Assembly: GCA_963804955.1 (NCBI GenBank)
Contig: CAWDSQ010000008.1
Span: 64,001 to 128,000 of the forward strand
From: an uncultured delta proteobacterium
GTDB lineage: Bacteria; Desulfobacterota; WTBG01; CAIYCZ01; CAIRTM01
DNA: 64,000 nucleotides
Direction: 5' to 3'
This document shows positions 44,089 through 56,193 of this stretch, piece by piece. The translations under genes were made by a program, and so were the position numbers. How positions within the stretch are numbered: position 1 is the first letter of the stretch; each line of letters starts with the position of its first letter. The notes beneath the pieces were generated by a model, which saw only the letters and a program-made list of their open reading frames with translations, did no database searches and had not been told where the DNA came from.

Positions 44089-46305
44089 CTAACAGGCTGG
44101 CTGCCCGCAGCCGCCGCAGCCGGGTGCTGGGTCGCATGCATCGCCTATGCCGTCGCCATCGGCATCAAGCTGGTTGGTATTGTATACATTCTGGCAGTTA
44201 TCACTTGCATCGAGAATACCGTCATTGTCTGCATCACCAGGAGTCTCACAGGCTGGCTGCCCGCAGCCGCCGCAGCCGGGTGACGGGTCGCATACATCGC
44301 CTATGCCGTCGCCATCGGCATCACGCTGCAGGGGATTGGCAATGCTCGGGCAGTTATCAACAGCGTCACCCGCGCCATCTGCATCTGTATCAATCACCTG
44401 AGCAACTGTTGTTGTGGTTGTTGTCGGCTCCACAGACGTAGTCGTTGAGGTCGGTACACTGCTGGTCGTAGTCGCAGGCGGAGCCAGCACCGCAGTCGGA
44501 TAGCCATGCCACGGGTTTGTAAACCCGGTGCTTCCTGCCATATAGTAAACGGTAAAGCCGCTTGCACAGTTTAAAAAAACATTGGTTCCCATCGTTGGGG
44601 CATTACCATAAAAATATGCGGCGCTTAAGCCGGCGCAACCATCAAAAACCCACCACCCGATGCTTGTAACACTGGCGGGAATGGTCACGCTGGTCAAGCC
44701 GGTGCAATAGAGAAACGCATAGTGTCCAATGCTTGTAACACTGTCAGGAATGCTCACACTGGCCAAACCGGTGCAGCCATAAAACGCCCAGCGCCCAATG
44801 TTCAGCGTACCGTCCAGGATGGTCACGCTGGTCAAGCCGGTGCAGCTGTTAAAAGCATTTTCACCAATGCTCGCAACGCTGCCCGGTATGGTCACGCTGG
44901 TCAAGCCGGTGCAATAGAGAAACGCATACTCTTGAATGCTGGTAACACTGCCAGGTAGTATGAATCCGCCAGCCTTGCCGCCGGGATATGCAATAAGCGT
45001 TGCCTTCGTCTTGTTGTAGAGCACGCCATCTTGACTGCTATACACTGTGTTGCCTGCGTCTACATGAATACCGGTCAAGCCTCCACAATCATAAAAATTA
45101 ACCCCGACAGTTATAACACTGCCCGGTATGGTAACACTTGTTAAAGCAGGGCAACTCTCAAACGCATAATCATTTATGCTCGTAACATTATCGGGAATGG
45201 TAAATCCGCCAGCCTTGCCGCCGGGAAATTTAATAAGCAGATCCTTGTTTTTGTCGTACAGCACGCCATCCTGACTGCTATAGGCTGTATTGCCTGCGTT
45301 TACGTCTATGCCGGCCAGGCTGATACAGTATTCAAAAGCGCCAATTCCAATACTCGTAACGCCGGCAGGAATGGCCACGCTGATCAAACTCGCGCAGCCA
45401 TAGAACGCATAATCCCCAATGCTCTCTACGCTGCTGCCCATGGTCACGGCGGTCAAACCTCTGCTGTCTTCAAACGCGGACGGCTCTATGGTTGTCACGC
45501 TGCCGGGAACAGCAAACCCGCCAGCCTTCCCGGCGGGATATGCACAAAGCATTGTTTTAGCCTTGTTGTAGAGCACGCCATCCTGACTGCTGTAATTTGG
45601 ATTACTTGCCTCAACATCCAGACTGGTCAAGCTGCTGCAATATTGAAAGGCTCCAAACCCGATGCTTGTAACGCCGGCAGGTATGGCCACGCTGATCAAT
45701 CCCGTGCAGCCATAAAACGCATAATCCCCGATGCTCTCTACGCTGCTGCCCATGGTCACGGCGGTCAAACCCCGGCTGTCTTCAAATGCGGACGACTCTA
45801 TGGTTGTCACGCTGCCGGGAACAGCAAATCCGCCAGCCTTGCCGCCGGGATATTGAATAATTGCTGTTTTGTCTTTATCATACAGCACGCCATCCTGGCT
45901 GCTGTAGGCGGGATTATTCGCATCAACATCTATGCTGGCCAAAACAGGACAATAAATAAACACATACCACCCGATGCTCGTAACACTGGCGGGAATGGTC
46001 ACGCTGGTCAAACCTTTGCAACCTTGAAACGCTGCATCCTCGATGAAGGTAACGCTGCCCGGTATGATTATTCTAATCAAACCGGGGCAATCATAAAACG
46101 CAGCCTCTCCAATTCGTACAACCGGCATATCTTCGATGACCGAGGGTATAGTCACAACCCCTCCTGCGCCTGTATACCCGGTGATTGTAATAGTGCCGCC
46201 AGATTCCGTATACTGATAATCACCCCATTGCGCAGCTAAGGCCGACGTGCAGAAAAACACACACCCGATAAAGGATAAAATGAAAGTTGATTTCACAATC
46301 CGCAT
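44089..46305 (-). CDS. BspA-like LRR_5 surface protein with Thr-rich linker and TSP3-like repeats
   Basis: Signal peptide, many LRR_5 units with [10 protein letters not shown] inserts, TTTTTT linker, DADGDG.GD.CD. Confidence 0.92.
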   Translation of the reverse strand: MRIVKSTFILSFIGCVFFCTSALAAQWGDYQYTESGGTITITGYTGAGGVVTIPSVIEDMPVVRIGEAAFYDCPGLIRIIIPGSVTFIEDAAFQGCKGLTSVTIPASVTSIGWYVFIYCPVLASIDVDANNPAYSSQDGVLYDKDKTAIIQYPGGKAGGFAVPGSVTTIESSAFEDSRGLTAVTMGSSVESIGDYAFYGCTGLISVAIPAGVTSIGFGAFQYCSSLTSLDVEASNPNYSSQDGVLYNKAKTMLCAYPAGKAGGFAVPGSVTTIEPSAFEDSRGLTAVTMGSSVESIGDYAFYGCASLISVAIPAGVTSIGIGAFEYCISLAGIDVNAGNTAYSSQDGVLYDKNKDLLIKFPGGKAGGFTIPDNVTSINDYAFESCPALTSVTIPGSVITVGVNFYDCGGLTGIHVDAGNTVYSSQDGVLYNKTKATLIAYPGGKAGGFILPGSVTSIQEYAFLYCTGLTSVTIPGSVASIGENAFNSCTGLTSVTILDGTLNIGRWAFYGCTGLASVSIPDSVTSIGHYAFLYCTGLTSVTIPASVTSIGWWVFDGCAGLSAAYFYGNAPTMGTNVFLNCASGFTVYYMAGSTGFTNPWHGYPTAVLAPPATTTSSVPTSTTTSVEPTTTTTTVAQVIDTDADGAGDAVDNCPSIANPLQRDADGDGIGDVCDPSPGCGGCGQPACETPGDADNDGILDASDNCQNVYNTNQLDADGDGIGDACDPAPGCGGCGQPAC

Positions 46306-46346
46306 ATAAACCTCCTTTTAAAAACCAGGTAGCTGCTTCCCGAAAA

Positions 46347-46497
46347 TGCACCATTCATGCCAGAAGCCGGCATCGAAGGAGAAATAAATTTTATCAAGCG
46401 GTTTAGAGTAGTTAGAAAATTACGGCATGCGTATGTACCTGCAACGCAGGGCTGTGCGGTCTATAAAGGCACATGTCGTGCCAGCGCAAACTGTGTC
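46347..46497 (-). promoter_or_regulatory. Sigma-54 promoter (46347-46362), IHF-like site (46392-46404) and upstream site (46468-46497)
   Basis: TGGCATGAATGGTGCA with exact GG-N10-GC spacing; TATCAAGCGGTTT; GGCACA-N18-TGTGTC. Confidence 0.72.
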
Positions 46498-46737
46498 AGC
46501 TGCACCGGTGGAGGATGAAAGGAGTTTCGGGTTCTTTATGTGTGGAGCAAGGAGTAAAACCGTGAGGGGCAGCCTGTGCCCGCGTGCTAGCCGGGGACCG
46601 GTAAAACCGCAGGACGACAGGCCGGCATGAATACCTTCTGCCGTTTTGCGATACACAGCTTCAAATGGACCACCCCGCCGCACACAGCATGCACGTTTAT
46701 ACAAGCGAATTGGCAACCGCCTCTTTCAGTCAGCCCT

Positions 46738-48475
46738 TTATACTGCTGCACAGGAAGGCTGACCGCAGCCGCCACAGCCGGGGGCCGGGTCGCAGACATT
46801 GCCGATGCCGTCATCATCAGCATCAAGCTGGTCAGGGTTAAACATGTTCGGGCAGTTATCAAAGGCATCAAGCACCCCATCACCATCCGTATCAATCGAG
46901 GGTGCTGTTGTTGTTGTTGTAGAAGGAGGTGTAAATACCGCTGTAGGATAACCATACCACGGGTTTGTAAATCCAGTGCTTCCTGCAGCATAGTAAACGG
47001 TAAAGCCGGATGCGCAGCCATTAAAAACCCTGCTTCCCATTGCCGGAGCATTCCCGTAAAAATATGCACCGGTCAAACGGGTACACGACAAAAACGCAGA
47101 AGACCCAATGTGCGTAACACTGCCGGGTATGTTAATGCCGGTCAATCCGGTACAACCATAAAATGCTGCATTCCCAATGTCTGTTACGCCTTCCATTATG
47201 GTCAGGCTGGCCAATCCGGTGCACCCATAAAACGCCCAACTCCCGATGCTCGTTACGCTGCCCGGTATGGTCAACCCGGTCAACCCGGCGCACATAAAAA
47301 ACGCTGCTGTCCCAATGCCCGTAATGCTGCCAGGTATCATAAATCCGCCAGCCTTGCCGCCCGGATATGCAATAAGCATGGTCTTAACCCTGTTGTAGAG
47401 TACCCCATCCTGACTGCTGTAGTTAGGATTATTTGCCTGCACATCTATGCTGGTGAGCCTGATGCAATATTGAAACGCACCTCCGCCGATACTCGTAACA
47501 CTGGCAGGAATTTCCAGGCTGATCAATTTCGTGCAGCCATAAAATGCGTAAATTCCGATGTCCACAACGCTGCTTCCTAAAGTTATGGCGGCCAAACCCG
47601 TGCAGTCTTCAAAAGCAAAAGCCTCAATAGTTGTAACGCTGTCAGGAACAGCAAACCTATCACGTCGTTCTGCTTGCGCTATCCAACTCACCAGACTTGC
47701 CTGCAGGATATTTAATAAGCGTTGTTTTGTTTTTGTCGTACAGCACGCCATACCGACTGCTGTAAACAATATTGTCTTCGTGTACATCTATGTTTGTTAA
47801 GCTGATGCAGTTTTCAACTACTCCCTCCCCAATACTCGTAACGCCGGCAGGAATGACTACGCTGATCAATCCCGTGCAGCCATAAAACGCATAATCCCCG
47901 ATACTCTCTACGCTGCTGCCCATGGTCACGGCGGTCAAACCCCGGCTGTCTTCAAATGCGGACGACTCTATGGTTGTCACGCTGCCGGGAACAGCAAATC
48001 CGCCAGCCTTGCCGCTGGGATATTTAATAATTGCTGTTTTGTCTTTATCATACAGCACGCCATCCTGGCTGCTGTAGGTGGGATTATTCGCATCAACATC
48101 TATGCTGGCCAAAACAGGACAAAAACTAAACACATAAAGCCCAATGCTCGTAACACTTGCGGGAATGGTCACGCTGGTCAAACCTTCGCAACCTTGAATA
48201 GCAGCTTCCTCGATGAAGGTAACGCTGCCCGGTATGATTATTCTAATCAAACCGGGGCAATCATAAAACGCAGCCTCTCCAATTCGTACAACCGGCTTAT
48301 TTTCGATGACCGAGGGTATAGTCACAACCCCTCCGGCGCCTGTATACCCGGTGATTGTAATAGTGCCGCCAGATTCCGTATACTGATAATCACCCCATTG
48401 CGCAGCTAAGGCCGACGTGCAGAAAAACACACACCCGATAAAGTATAAAATGAATGTTGATTTCACAATCCGCAT
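46738..48475 (-). CDS. Paralogous BspA-like LRR_5 protein, frameshift near 47660-47700
   Basis: ORFs 47660-48475 and 46738-47787; 5' region and promoter near-identical to the 44089-46305 gene. Confidence 0.85.
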
Positions 48476-48516
48476 ATAAACCTCCTTTTAAAAACCAGGT
48501 AGCTGCTTCCCGAAAA

Positions 48517-48667
48517 TGCACCATTCATGCCAGAAGCCGGCATCGAAGGAGAAATAAATTTTATCAAGCGGTTTAGAGTAGTTAGAAAATTACGGCATGC
48601 GTATTTACCTGCAACGCAGGGCTGTGCGGTCTATAAAGGCACATGTCGTGCCAGCGCAAACTGTGTC
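48517..48667 (-). promoter_or_regulatory. Duplicate sigma-54 promoter (48517-48532) and upstream site (48638-48667)
   Basis: Copy of 46347-46497. Confidence 0.72.
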
Positions 48668-48923
48668 AGCTGCACCGGTGGAGGATGAAAGGAGTTTGGG
48701 TTCTTTATGTGTGGAGGAAGGAGTAAAACCGTGAGGGGCAGCCTTGCCCGCGTGCTAGCCGGGGACCGGTTGCCTGTGCATGCTCAAGCGGTCTGCAAGA
48801 CATGAAACACTGATATGTTTCCCTTCAGCTGTGCGCTAAGCGGTCCTCGGGCGTGGAGCCTTATGTAGCCGGCACTGAAAAAATACTTTTATCCAACAGC
48901 CAGTCCGGAAGCACTGTCGGATA

Positions 48924-49862
48924 CTACTCAGGCTGTTTTAAAAAATCTGCGCCTGCGCTGTAGGCGGTTGCGAGAATATGCGGATGATTTTTAACAACCC
49001 CCCTGCCATGCCGTTTTCCTCTCGTGCCTGACAGGGTAAGCACGTCTGTTGTTTCAACGCCGTGAAGCCTGAGCAGGATAACCATCTGTTCAACAACATT
49101 GTCATAGGCTGCAGGGTTTGGCCACATCCAGGTGGAAACGACCAGCCCCTTTTTCCCGGCGGGCATTTTGCGCGAAAGGTCAGGGTTTGAGAGGCAGTCC
49201 CACCGGTCCATGAAATTTGCCATGATGGCGTTTTCACGCGCCGTATAAATCGGGAAGCCGATGATGAGACCATCCATTGCATACAGCTTGTCATACATCA
49301 GAGAGGTCATATCATCCTTAAGCGAGCATATGGTTTTTACATCGCCTTTCCGGCAAGCCCTGCAGCCGGTGCAGGGCTTGATAGCGAGATCGCCCAGATA
49401 CAGCTTCTCAACGCTGCAGCCGCCGTCGGCGCAGGCTCGCAGAACCTCGTCAATGAGCAGGTCGGTATTGCCACCCTTGCGCATGCTCGAGTTAACAGCA
49501 AGTATGTTCATGCCCGGGGTAACTGCTGCAGCCTGGCCGGGTCTTTGCGCCCAGCGGTTAATGATCAGGGGCTCCTTTCCCGGCTCGATATCCTCCTGGG
49601 ATTTTGATGCAACAACCTCTGCGCGCATTCGCGCCGGGTCTTTTTTGCTGAGAATGAGAGGCTCATATCCGCCAGGGAACACTTCATAAACCGCGCGCCA
49701 GAATATATCATCGGTCACCGCAGGCGCCTCTTCATAGGCGGCTATTTTTTCAGCGTTATAAAAAAGGCGATTCTTCCACCGGTCTTTGATAACAGCAGGG
49801 AAAACCGCACAGAGCTTTTCAACCATATCCCTCTGGCCGTCCTGCCACTCAATCTGTTTCAT
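48924..49862 (-). CDS. Flavodoxin-family / iron-sulfur flavoprotein-like protein with N-terminal extension
   Basis: NSSMRKGGNT FMN loop, CTGCRAC-x7-C, DGLIIGFPIY. Confidence 0.8.
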   Translation of the reverse strand: MKQIEWQDGQRDMVEKLCAVFPAVIKDRWKNRLFYNAEKIAAYEEAPAVTDDIFWRAVYEVFPGGYEPLILSKKDPARMRAEVVASKSQEDIEPGKEPLIINRWAQRPGQAAAVTPGMNILAVNSSMRKGGNTDLLIDEVLRACADGGCSVEKLYLGDLAIKPCTGCRACRKGDVKTICSLKDDMTSLMYDKLYAMDGLIIGFPIYTARENAIMANFMDRWDCLSNPDLSRKMPAGKKGLVVSTWMWPNPAAYDNVVEQMVILLRLHGVETTDVLTLSGTRGKRHGRGVVKNHPHILATAYSAGADFLKQPE

Positions 49863-49908
49863 GGTGCTCTCCCTGAAAAATGCGGTTTTACCGGATCAGC
49901 AGAACATA

Positions 49909-50388
49909 TTATTCAGCCCGGGTAATTTTGAAACAGCACTCACTGTCGCCGGAAGGCATATGCTTTACCCTCTGCCACTTTGCCACCTTGTATTTTTCAC
50001 CCAAAACACAGTCCATGTCACAGACGATCGGGCAGGGATCGGGAAGGTTGCGCTTTCTGGTCGCTTCCAGATGCGGGCAGCGCTCCAGGTGCTCATACCA
50101 GACCGGCTCTCCGTTTTCTTCACCCTTTTCCACCCACAGCTGCCAGCCGTTGGCCGGAAACATGTCTATCTCATACATGATAATATCTCCGAAATCCCTG
50201 CCCGCAAACATACCTGTTCGCTTTTTGAAATTGGCCTCAAAAATATCATTGTAAACATCCCTGCCTTTTTTTTCGCCGTATATCTCAATAAGGGTTTGAT
50301 ACAGCAGGGGAAGCTTTAAGGCTGTCTGCGCGAGAAGCAAATCGCGCTGCTTTTCTATCGGCATTTCTTTTCCAATTATTTTTTCCAT
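49909..50388 (-). CDS. ATC-hydrolase-like (L-2-amino-thiazoline-4-carboxylate hydrolase family) protein
   Basis: RCPHLE..., CPIVCDMD, R...MPSGDSECCF pattern. Confidence 0.55.
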   Translation of the reverse strand: MEKIIGKEMPIEKQRDLLLAQTALKLPLLYQTLIEIYGEKKGRDVYNDIFEANFKKRTGMFAGRDFGDIIMYEIDMFPANGWQLWVEKGEENGEPVWYEHLERCPHLEATRKRNLPDPCPIVCDMDCVLGEKYKVAKWQRVKHMPSGDSECCFKITRAE

Positions 50389-50678
50389 TGAGATACTTCC
50401 TTTCTGTGCGGAAATGTTTTAAGGCGCATATTCTGCTGAAAAACCGGCCACGTCAAGCCGGGCAATATCTGTAAACGGTCTTAACTGCCGGCATGCGGAA
50501 AGAAGACTGGTGAAGGAGCAATGAGCGCTGCGCGTGCCGCCCTTTGAGATGCAATGAATTTTGCACACTGGTTCACCTTTTTCCCGTTGTGCAGGGCTGA
50601 ACTCCCGGCAATGGAACTGCCATACTATTTCTACAGTCAAGCAGAGCAGGTACCGCTAAGAAATGCGATTCGAGTATT

Positions 50679-50694
50679 TGCAAATATATTGCCA
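50679..50694 (-). promoter_or_regulatory. Possible sigma-54 promoter for the 50388-48924 operon
   Basis: TGGCAATATATTTGCA matches TGGCA-N6-TTGCA-type spacing; about 290 bp from the ATG. Confidence 0.45.
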
Positions 50695-51217
50695 GCAAAG
50701 CTTAAATTCAAGTACTTTTTTCCCCAAATAGTTTTATTTTCATACTATTTGAAAATCGTAGCTGGTTTCGAGAAAGATCAGTTTAACCCCAATGAAAAAT
50801 TGTTGCGTCTCTTGTCTCTACATTCATTCCTCTCCGAAACGACTGAACAGACCGGGTGCTGCCCCGGCCTAAGCGTACAGTACCCTCCCCGGGCCCTGTT
50901 GCGGCAGCTCCGGTGAGCCCAGAAGCAGAAGGCCCGATCCGGCAAGGAGACGGATTTTTTTGTATGACGATGCCCTGGAGATGCCTCTAAGAATAAGCGC
51001 CCGGACTAAACGTGCAGAGGCCCGGGATGAGTACGCGAACCTGTTGAGAATACGCGCCTTTCAGCGAGTGCCAACCGTAAACCAATTAATTTCCTGCAGT
51101 TTGTCTGCCTGAATTGTTCGCTTGTCTAAACTAGTCGTGCCCGGTACGGAAATAATAGTTTACCCGAGTCTTCACAAAATACTATAGCCGGAGAAAAACT
51201 GTCCGATAGATATACTC

Positions 51218-51577
51218 GTGAAGCCTATATCGATTCAAGTACGCATACGCATAGTCGCGGCCTGCGATGCGGGTGAAGGCACCCGTAAGGAGATAGCAGA
51301 GCGCTACGGTGTATCTCTGGGCATGGTTAAAAAATTACTGGCCCAGCGCAAAAAGCTGGGTATTCTTGATCCGCAGAACCACCGCTGCGGGAGAAAAAGC
51401 ATACTGTCGGAACAGGATCTGGCCTGGCTGCGCAAAACCGTTGAGCAGCGGCAGGATTTAACCCTGGAGAAACTGTGCCGGGCATACAAAAAGCCCTGCA
51501 GCGTTATGACCATAAGCCGGGGGCTTCAAAAGCTCAGGGCTTTGCAGGATACGTATGAGCAGGTCATTGCGCCGTAA
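51218..51577 (+). CDS. IS630-like transposase N-terminal HTH protein without catalytic domain
   Basis: S...R.RIV.A...G....EIAERYGVS...V, PxxxxxGR, DLTL..L, TISRGL pattern; no DDE ORF follows. Confidence 0.6.
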   Translation: MKPISIQVRIRIVAACDAGEGTRKEIAERYGVSLGMVKKLLAQRKKLGILDPQNHRCGRKSILSEQDLAWLRKTVEQRQDLTLEKLCRAYKKPCSVMTISRGLQKLRALQDTYEQVIAP

Positions 51578-51670
51578 TTTTCCGCAGGGCGCGTGAATCT
51601 GCTGAAGGCTTTTCTAAGCCGAAAAATCTTATGCGGTAATGTCTTTTTGAAGAAAAGGGAGTAAGCTTAT

Positions 51671-53737
51671 ATGCAGGCCTCGAGTGCAGAAATAGATTTC
51701 CAATCTTCCAAATCTTTTTTATCCAGCGTGTTCGACAAGGTTGAAACCGGCATCATACTGTCGGACCTGAAAGGCCATGTGCTTGAGGCAAATCCGTTTT
51801 TCCTGAATATTATCGGATTTGAAAGAAATGAAATCGTGGGTAAAAAGCCCAATGAATTCATGCCGACCCAGGGAGTCTATACCTCAAGACTGGGCCAGGT
51901 ATTCGAAATTGGTAATGATTATTTTACCGAGACCCTCAATAAACTCTCCGTTTTAGACAAAACAGGGGAAATAAAAGATTGGGCGACATTTTACGTCGAT
52001 AAAGCAGGAAAACTGGTGCCGGTTCAGCAGACTGTCTGTCTGCTGAAAGATTCACGGGGCAACAGTCTTGCTTCAATGTGCCTTGTCAAGGATGTTTCAG
52101 ATAAACAGAACCTGGAAGCTGAGCTTGAAAAGGCTAAAAAGCTGGCTGAGTCGGCAAAAGAGCTCAAGGAGTTTTTTCTGTCAAAAATCTCCAATGAAGT
52201 AAGAATACCAATGAACGGCATTTGCGGTTTTACGGAGCTGCTGATTGAGAATGAGCAAATTACGGAAGAATATAAAGAGCATCTGCATGTCATCAAACAG
52301 AGCAGCGAAGATCTGCTCAGCATGATCAATAATGTCATTGACTATGCGAAGCTCGAGAACGGCAAAACTGAAATTGCCGATATCGGGTTCGATGTCGAGC
52401 TTCTTTTTTACAATGTTATAATGGACACAAAGGCCAAGCTTGCCGGCAGAAGCATAGAACTGCATCATGAAATAACCAATCAGGTTCCCTTTCTGCTGAA
52501 GGGCGACCCCAGCAGGATCAGGCAGATTGTGCTGAAGCTTCTTGACAATGCAATAAAGTTTACCAAATCCGGCAGCATAAAAGTAATGCTCGACGTTGAG
52601 GATGAGCATGAACATGATATTAAAATACGGCTTCAGGTACAGGATACCGGCATCGGCATAGCGCAGGACAGCATAGAGTCTATTTTTGAAATGGCTGACA
52701 GGGGGGCGGGGGCATTAACAAAACAGGGCAAAAGCCTCGGCCTGGGGCTGCATGTATGCCGCAGCATTGCCCGCCTCATGCGCGGGGATTTAAATGCTAC
52801 CAGCGAGCTCGGCAAGGGAAGCTGCTTTTACTTCACGATAACGCTGAACAAGGCTGAAAAATGGCAGACGGTGAAGTCTGACGTCAATGTCAATCTTGAA
52901 GGCAAAACGGTTTTTATTCTCGATTTTGAGAAAATACATCTGGGCATTTTATCAAAACTGTGCCAGCAGGCGAACATGCAGGTCATTACCTGCGGAAAAA
53001 TTCATACTGTCTCCGCTAAATTCGAAGATTTAATTATCAGCAAGACCAGGGTTGATCTTTTTGTGATAGATGTATCCACTTCATTTGAGGATATTGCAGA
53101 TATTATTGAGCTGATACGCGAGAATTTCGGCCTGCATGTTCCGCTTTTGGCGTTTACGTCTCCCAACAGGGGGTCGGCAAAAGCATGCCAAAACATGGGG
53201 TTTAACGGCTGCCTGTCAAAGCCCGGCTCAAAACTTTCTTTTTACGAGATTATCAAGCACCTGCTAACGGAAAATTTTGATGCAACGGGCCCCCGGGAAA
53301 TCCTCACGCGATACTCTCTGTCGGAAAAGATAAAACACAACTTAAACATTCTTGTTGTTGATGATAACCGCGTCAACCAGATGGTTGCCATGAAAATACT
53401 CACCCAGTCCGGCTATGCCGTCGACTCAGCAAATGACGGGCTGGAGGCGACAAATAAAGTGCTGGCCGACCCGCATAAGTATGATGTCATACTCATGGAT
53501 ATTCAAATGCCCATTATGAACGGCGTTGATGCAACGATTATGCTCCGGCAAAACCATGTGATGACCCCCATCATTGCGTATACGGCCAATGCTCTGCAGG
53601 AAGACTATGAAAGATACATGAAAGCCGGCATGAATGACAGCATTCCAAAGCCTCTCAACAGAGAAATAATACTGGAAAAGTTTTACAATCTCTGTTTTAG
53701 GCCCGAATCCAGGGCGATTTTGGAACTGCCCAATTGA
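51671..53737 (+). CDS. Hybrid kinase-like protein PAS-HisKA-HATPase-REC-REC with degenerate H-box
   Basis: SKISNEVRIP instead of SHEIRTP; LLDNAIKF, DTGIG, LGLGL; intact final REC. Confidence 0.88.
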   Translation: MQASSAEIDFQSSKSFLSSVFDKVETGIILSDLKGHVLEANPFFLNIIGFERNEIVGKKPNEFMPTQGVYTSRLGQVFEIGNDYFTETLNKLSVLDKTGEIKDWATFYVDKAGKLVPVQQTVCLLKDSRGNSLASMCLVKDVSDKQNLEAELEKAKKLAESAKELKEFFLSKISNEVRIPMNGICGFTELLIENEQITEEYKEHLHVIKQSSEDLLSMINNVIDYAKLENGKTEIADIGFDVELLFYNVIMDTKAKLAGRSIELHHEITNQVPFLLKGDPSRIRQIVLKLLDNAIKFTKSGSIKVMLDVEDEHEHDIKIRLQVQDTGIGIAQDSIESIFEMADRGAGALTKQGKSLGLGLHVCRSIARLMRGDLNATSELGKGSCFYFTITLNKAEKWQTVKSDVNVNLEGKTVFILDFEKIHLGILSKLCQQANMQVITCGKIHTVSAKFEDLIISKTRVDLFVIDVSTSFEDIADIIELIRENFGLHVPLLAFTSPNRGSAKACQNMGFNGCLSKPGSKLSFYEIIKHLLTENFDATGPREILTRYSLSEKIKHNLNILVVDDNRVNQMVAMKILTQSGYAVDSANDGLEATNKVLADPHKYDVILMDIQMPIMNGVDATIMLRQNHVMTPIIAYTANALQEDYERYMKAGMNDSIPKPLNREIILEKFYNLCFRPESRAILELPN

Positions 53738-54083
53738 TCGAGAGCCGGCACAGGGGATATCTGCGATGCAGGCCCCGACTGCGGCAGCGATGGCCAGCCC
53801 GTGCGTGAGGCTGTTTGCAGGCTGCACGGTGAAGGTAGTTGTTTTATCAGATAAAGTGTTATGCATGCCCGGCCGCTATCTGCAGCGGCCGGGCATTTGA
53901 TTATATAAAAGTGCAGATACAGTATCATTCTATTGAAAGAGCAGAAAGGCCATACTTTTTGCCCCCATGTTCTCATATGTAATTTGGTAAAACAGGCCCA
54001 GGTAACTGCGGGCTCGCCAATACGGTCGCTGCCGGTTGTTTGCTCTGTGCCGGTTCCGGGTGTTTTCTCGCAGGATAACGCCA

Positions 54084-55049
54084 TCAGGAGTCTTTAGGGG
54101 GCGGGGGCAGTTCAAGCTTCTTGAAGTCCGGCAGCTGCTCTTCCATATACGTCCTGATTTTACCGACAAGACGGGATTCGATCTGCCGCACGCGCTCTTT
54201 GGTAATGCCGTATCTGTCGCCGATGGACTGCAGCGTGACAGGTTCTTCGGAAAGGATGCGCTGTTCCAGAATCTCAAGCTCCTTGGCATCGATGGTTTCC
54301 TTGAAATCGAGCAGCTTGCTGCTGAATATCTGCTGAAGTTCGGCGTTTGCGATCCGGGTATCGAACAGTTCGGTCATGTCTGAAATCATATCGCCGCGGG
54401 TTTCGCGCCAGTCATCTCCCACGGGGTGATCAAGCGACGGCTCCCAGTCACCGAGGCGCTGCTCCATTTCGATCACCTTATCCTCCCCGGTTTCAAACGC
54501 TTCGGCCAGGCGCGCCGGGCCCGGATAGAACCCCATTTTTTCAAGCCGGTTTTTTTCCTTCTGCAGGTTGAAGAAAAGCTTGCGCTGCACCTGCGTGGTG
54601 CCGATTTTCACCAGCCGCCAGTTGTCCATGACGAATTTCAGAATATAGGCCTTAATCCAGTATGAGGCATAATAGGAAAGCTTGGCGCCGCGGTAGGGGT
54701 CGAAGTTTTTCACGGCCTGCATGAGACCGAGATTACCCTCCTGAATGAGATCCATGAGATTGAGCATCCACTGGCGCTGATAGTCCAGGGCAATCTTGAC
54801 GACAAGGCGCAGGTTTGCCGTCACAAGGTGATAGGCGATTGCCCTGTCTCCCGTTTCGCGGTAACGTACGGCAAGGGCTTTTTCCTCCTCGGGAGTCAGC
54901 AGCGGTATGCGCCGCACTTCGGCAAGATAGGCCTGCAGCGGGTCGGCGGAAACAGGCACGGGCGGCAGCGGCAATCCCTCCTGCCCGTTCTTTTCGTCAT
55001 CACTTTCCAGTTCGTGGCCGTCTAAAGGCTCAAGAAGTTCATCGTTCAT
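54084..55049 (-). CDS. rpoH: RNA polymerase sigma-32 factor
   Basis: [18 protein letters not shown], RpoH box [17 protein letters not shown]. Confidence 0.88.
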   Translation of the reverse strand: MNDELLEPLDGHELESDDEKNGQEGLPLPPVPVSADPLQAYLAEVRRIPLLTPEEEKALAVRYRETGDRAIAYHLVTANLRLVVKIALDYQRQWMLNLMDLIQEGNLGLMQAVKNFDPYRGAKLSYYASYWIKAYILKFVMDNWRLVKIGTTQVQRKLFFNLQKEKNRLEKMGFYPGPARLAEAFETGEDKVIEMEQRLGDWEPSLDHPVGDDWRETRGDMISDMTELFDTRIANAELQQIFSSKLLDFKETIDAKELEILEQRILSEEPVTLQSIGDRYGITKERVRQIESRLVGKIRTYMEEQLPDFKKLELPPPPKDS

Positions 55050-55509
55050 GAAATTCGACCAGAAAAAATTAGCTTAGTAGTCCTATTATTCCTATGATTG
55101 GCGGGTATTTGTCAATTGCGAAATACGGCAGCAGCCGGCGCCGCCTGGGCATGCTGCTGCTCAACTGTGTTCCGAAAGCGGCAAGGCTGCACCACAACTT
55201 CATTTTGTTTCCCGCAGAAACAGACCGGCTTGCGCGGTTCTTTTGAAAGGATGTGTTTTAATGCGAAGATGAACTGTCTCAATAACCACGCAGTACGTAT
55301 TTTGAAAACGGAAAACAACGCGTTTGGCGGTAAAATCCACCGCAGCAGGGTGCCCGCCACACACACTTTAAAAAAACGCTCAAAGAGCCTATCGTACTAT
55401 TAATAATCGAATATCTAAAATAAAGTGAAGTATTATTGATTCTAATGTATTAATACATTATACTTACTTCAGAAAACGAACTTAAATCCGGGTACAGAAA
55501 GGGGCTGCC

Positions 55510-56068
55510 ATGATACGAGAAAGCGTTGCAGGGGATGTTCCAAGAATTGACAACACGGCTTTTGTGGATCCGGCGGCTGTCATTATCGGCAGAGTCAGCA
55601 TAGGCCCCAACTGTTATATCGGGCCGGGGGTGGTCATCAGGGCCGACAGGTTTTCAAGCGACGATGACATTGCACGCATCACCATCGGCAGCGGCTGCTG
55701 CATTCAGGATCTTGCGATATTGCATGTGCATGCTGAAAACTCCATAGTCCGTGGGCGACGATACGGTCATCAATCACGGCGCCATTATTCACGGCACGAC
55801 CGCCATCGGCCGGAACTGCTTTATCGGCGCCAAAAGCGTCATAACCCATGCATTCCTTGGCGACAATGTCTTTACCCGGGTCATGTCGGTGATTGAAACC
55901 GTTAATATAGCATCAGATCGCTATATAGAAATAAACGCCGTCATCAATACGCAGGATGCCTCAGACCGCCTGCGGCAGATTACGGCCAAGGAACTGGACT
56001 TTATGAAACGCGCCGTGCTGGAAAACAGGGAATATGCCGTGCGGTACAAGTATTCTCTGGAAAAATAG
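55510..56068 (+). CDS. Gamma-carbonic-anhydrase-like hexapeptide repeat protein, frameshift near 55750
   Basis: IGRVSIG, IRAD, IQD..ILH, then V.NHGAIIHG in the second frame. Confidence 0.8.
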
Positions 56069-56193
56069 AGATCTGCCGTCAGGGTTCAGACAGGCGCGAG
56101 GTCGACTTTCTTGCGCCCGGCAAAAAAAGACAAACAGAGACTCTTCTTTACCGCAGCGCCATAAGGCAGGGCTCTGTTATTTTGGAAATTGAG

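Noticed and set aside
45300..45900. Internal near-duplicate in BspA as a mobile element
   Set aside because: In-frame LRR block duplication, normal for the family
50820..51060. Possible riboswitch or glmS ribozyme (AGCGCCCGGACT; hairpin plus T-run near 50937-50961)
   Set aside because: Downstream glmS core (GACGAGG) absent and no family recognised; needs an Rfam scan
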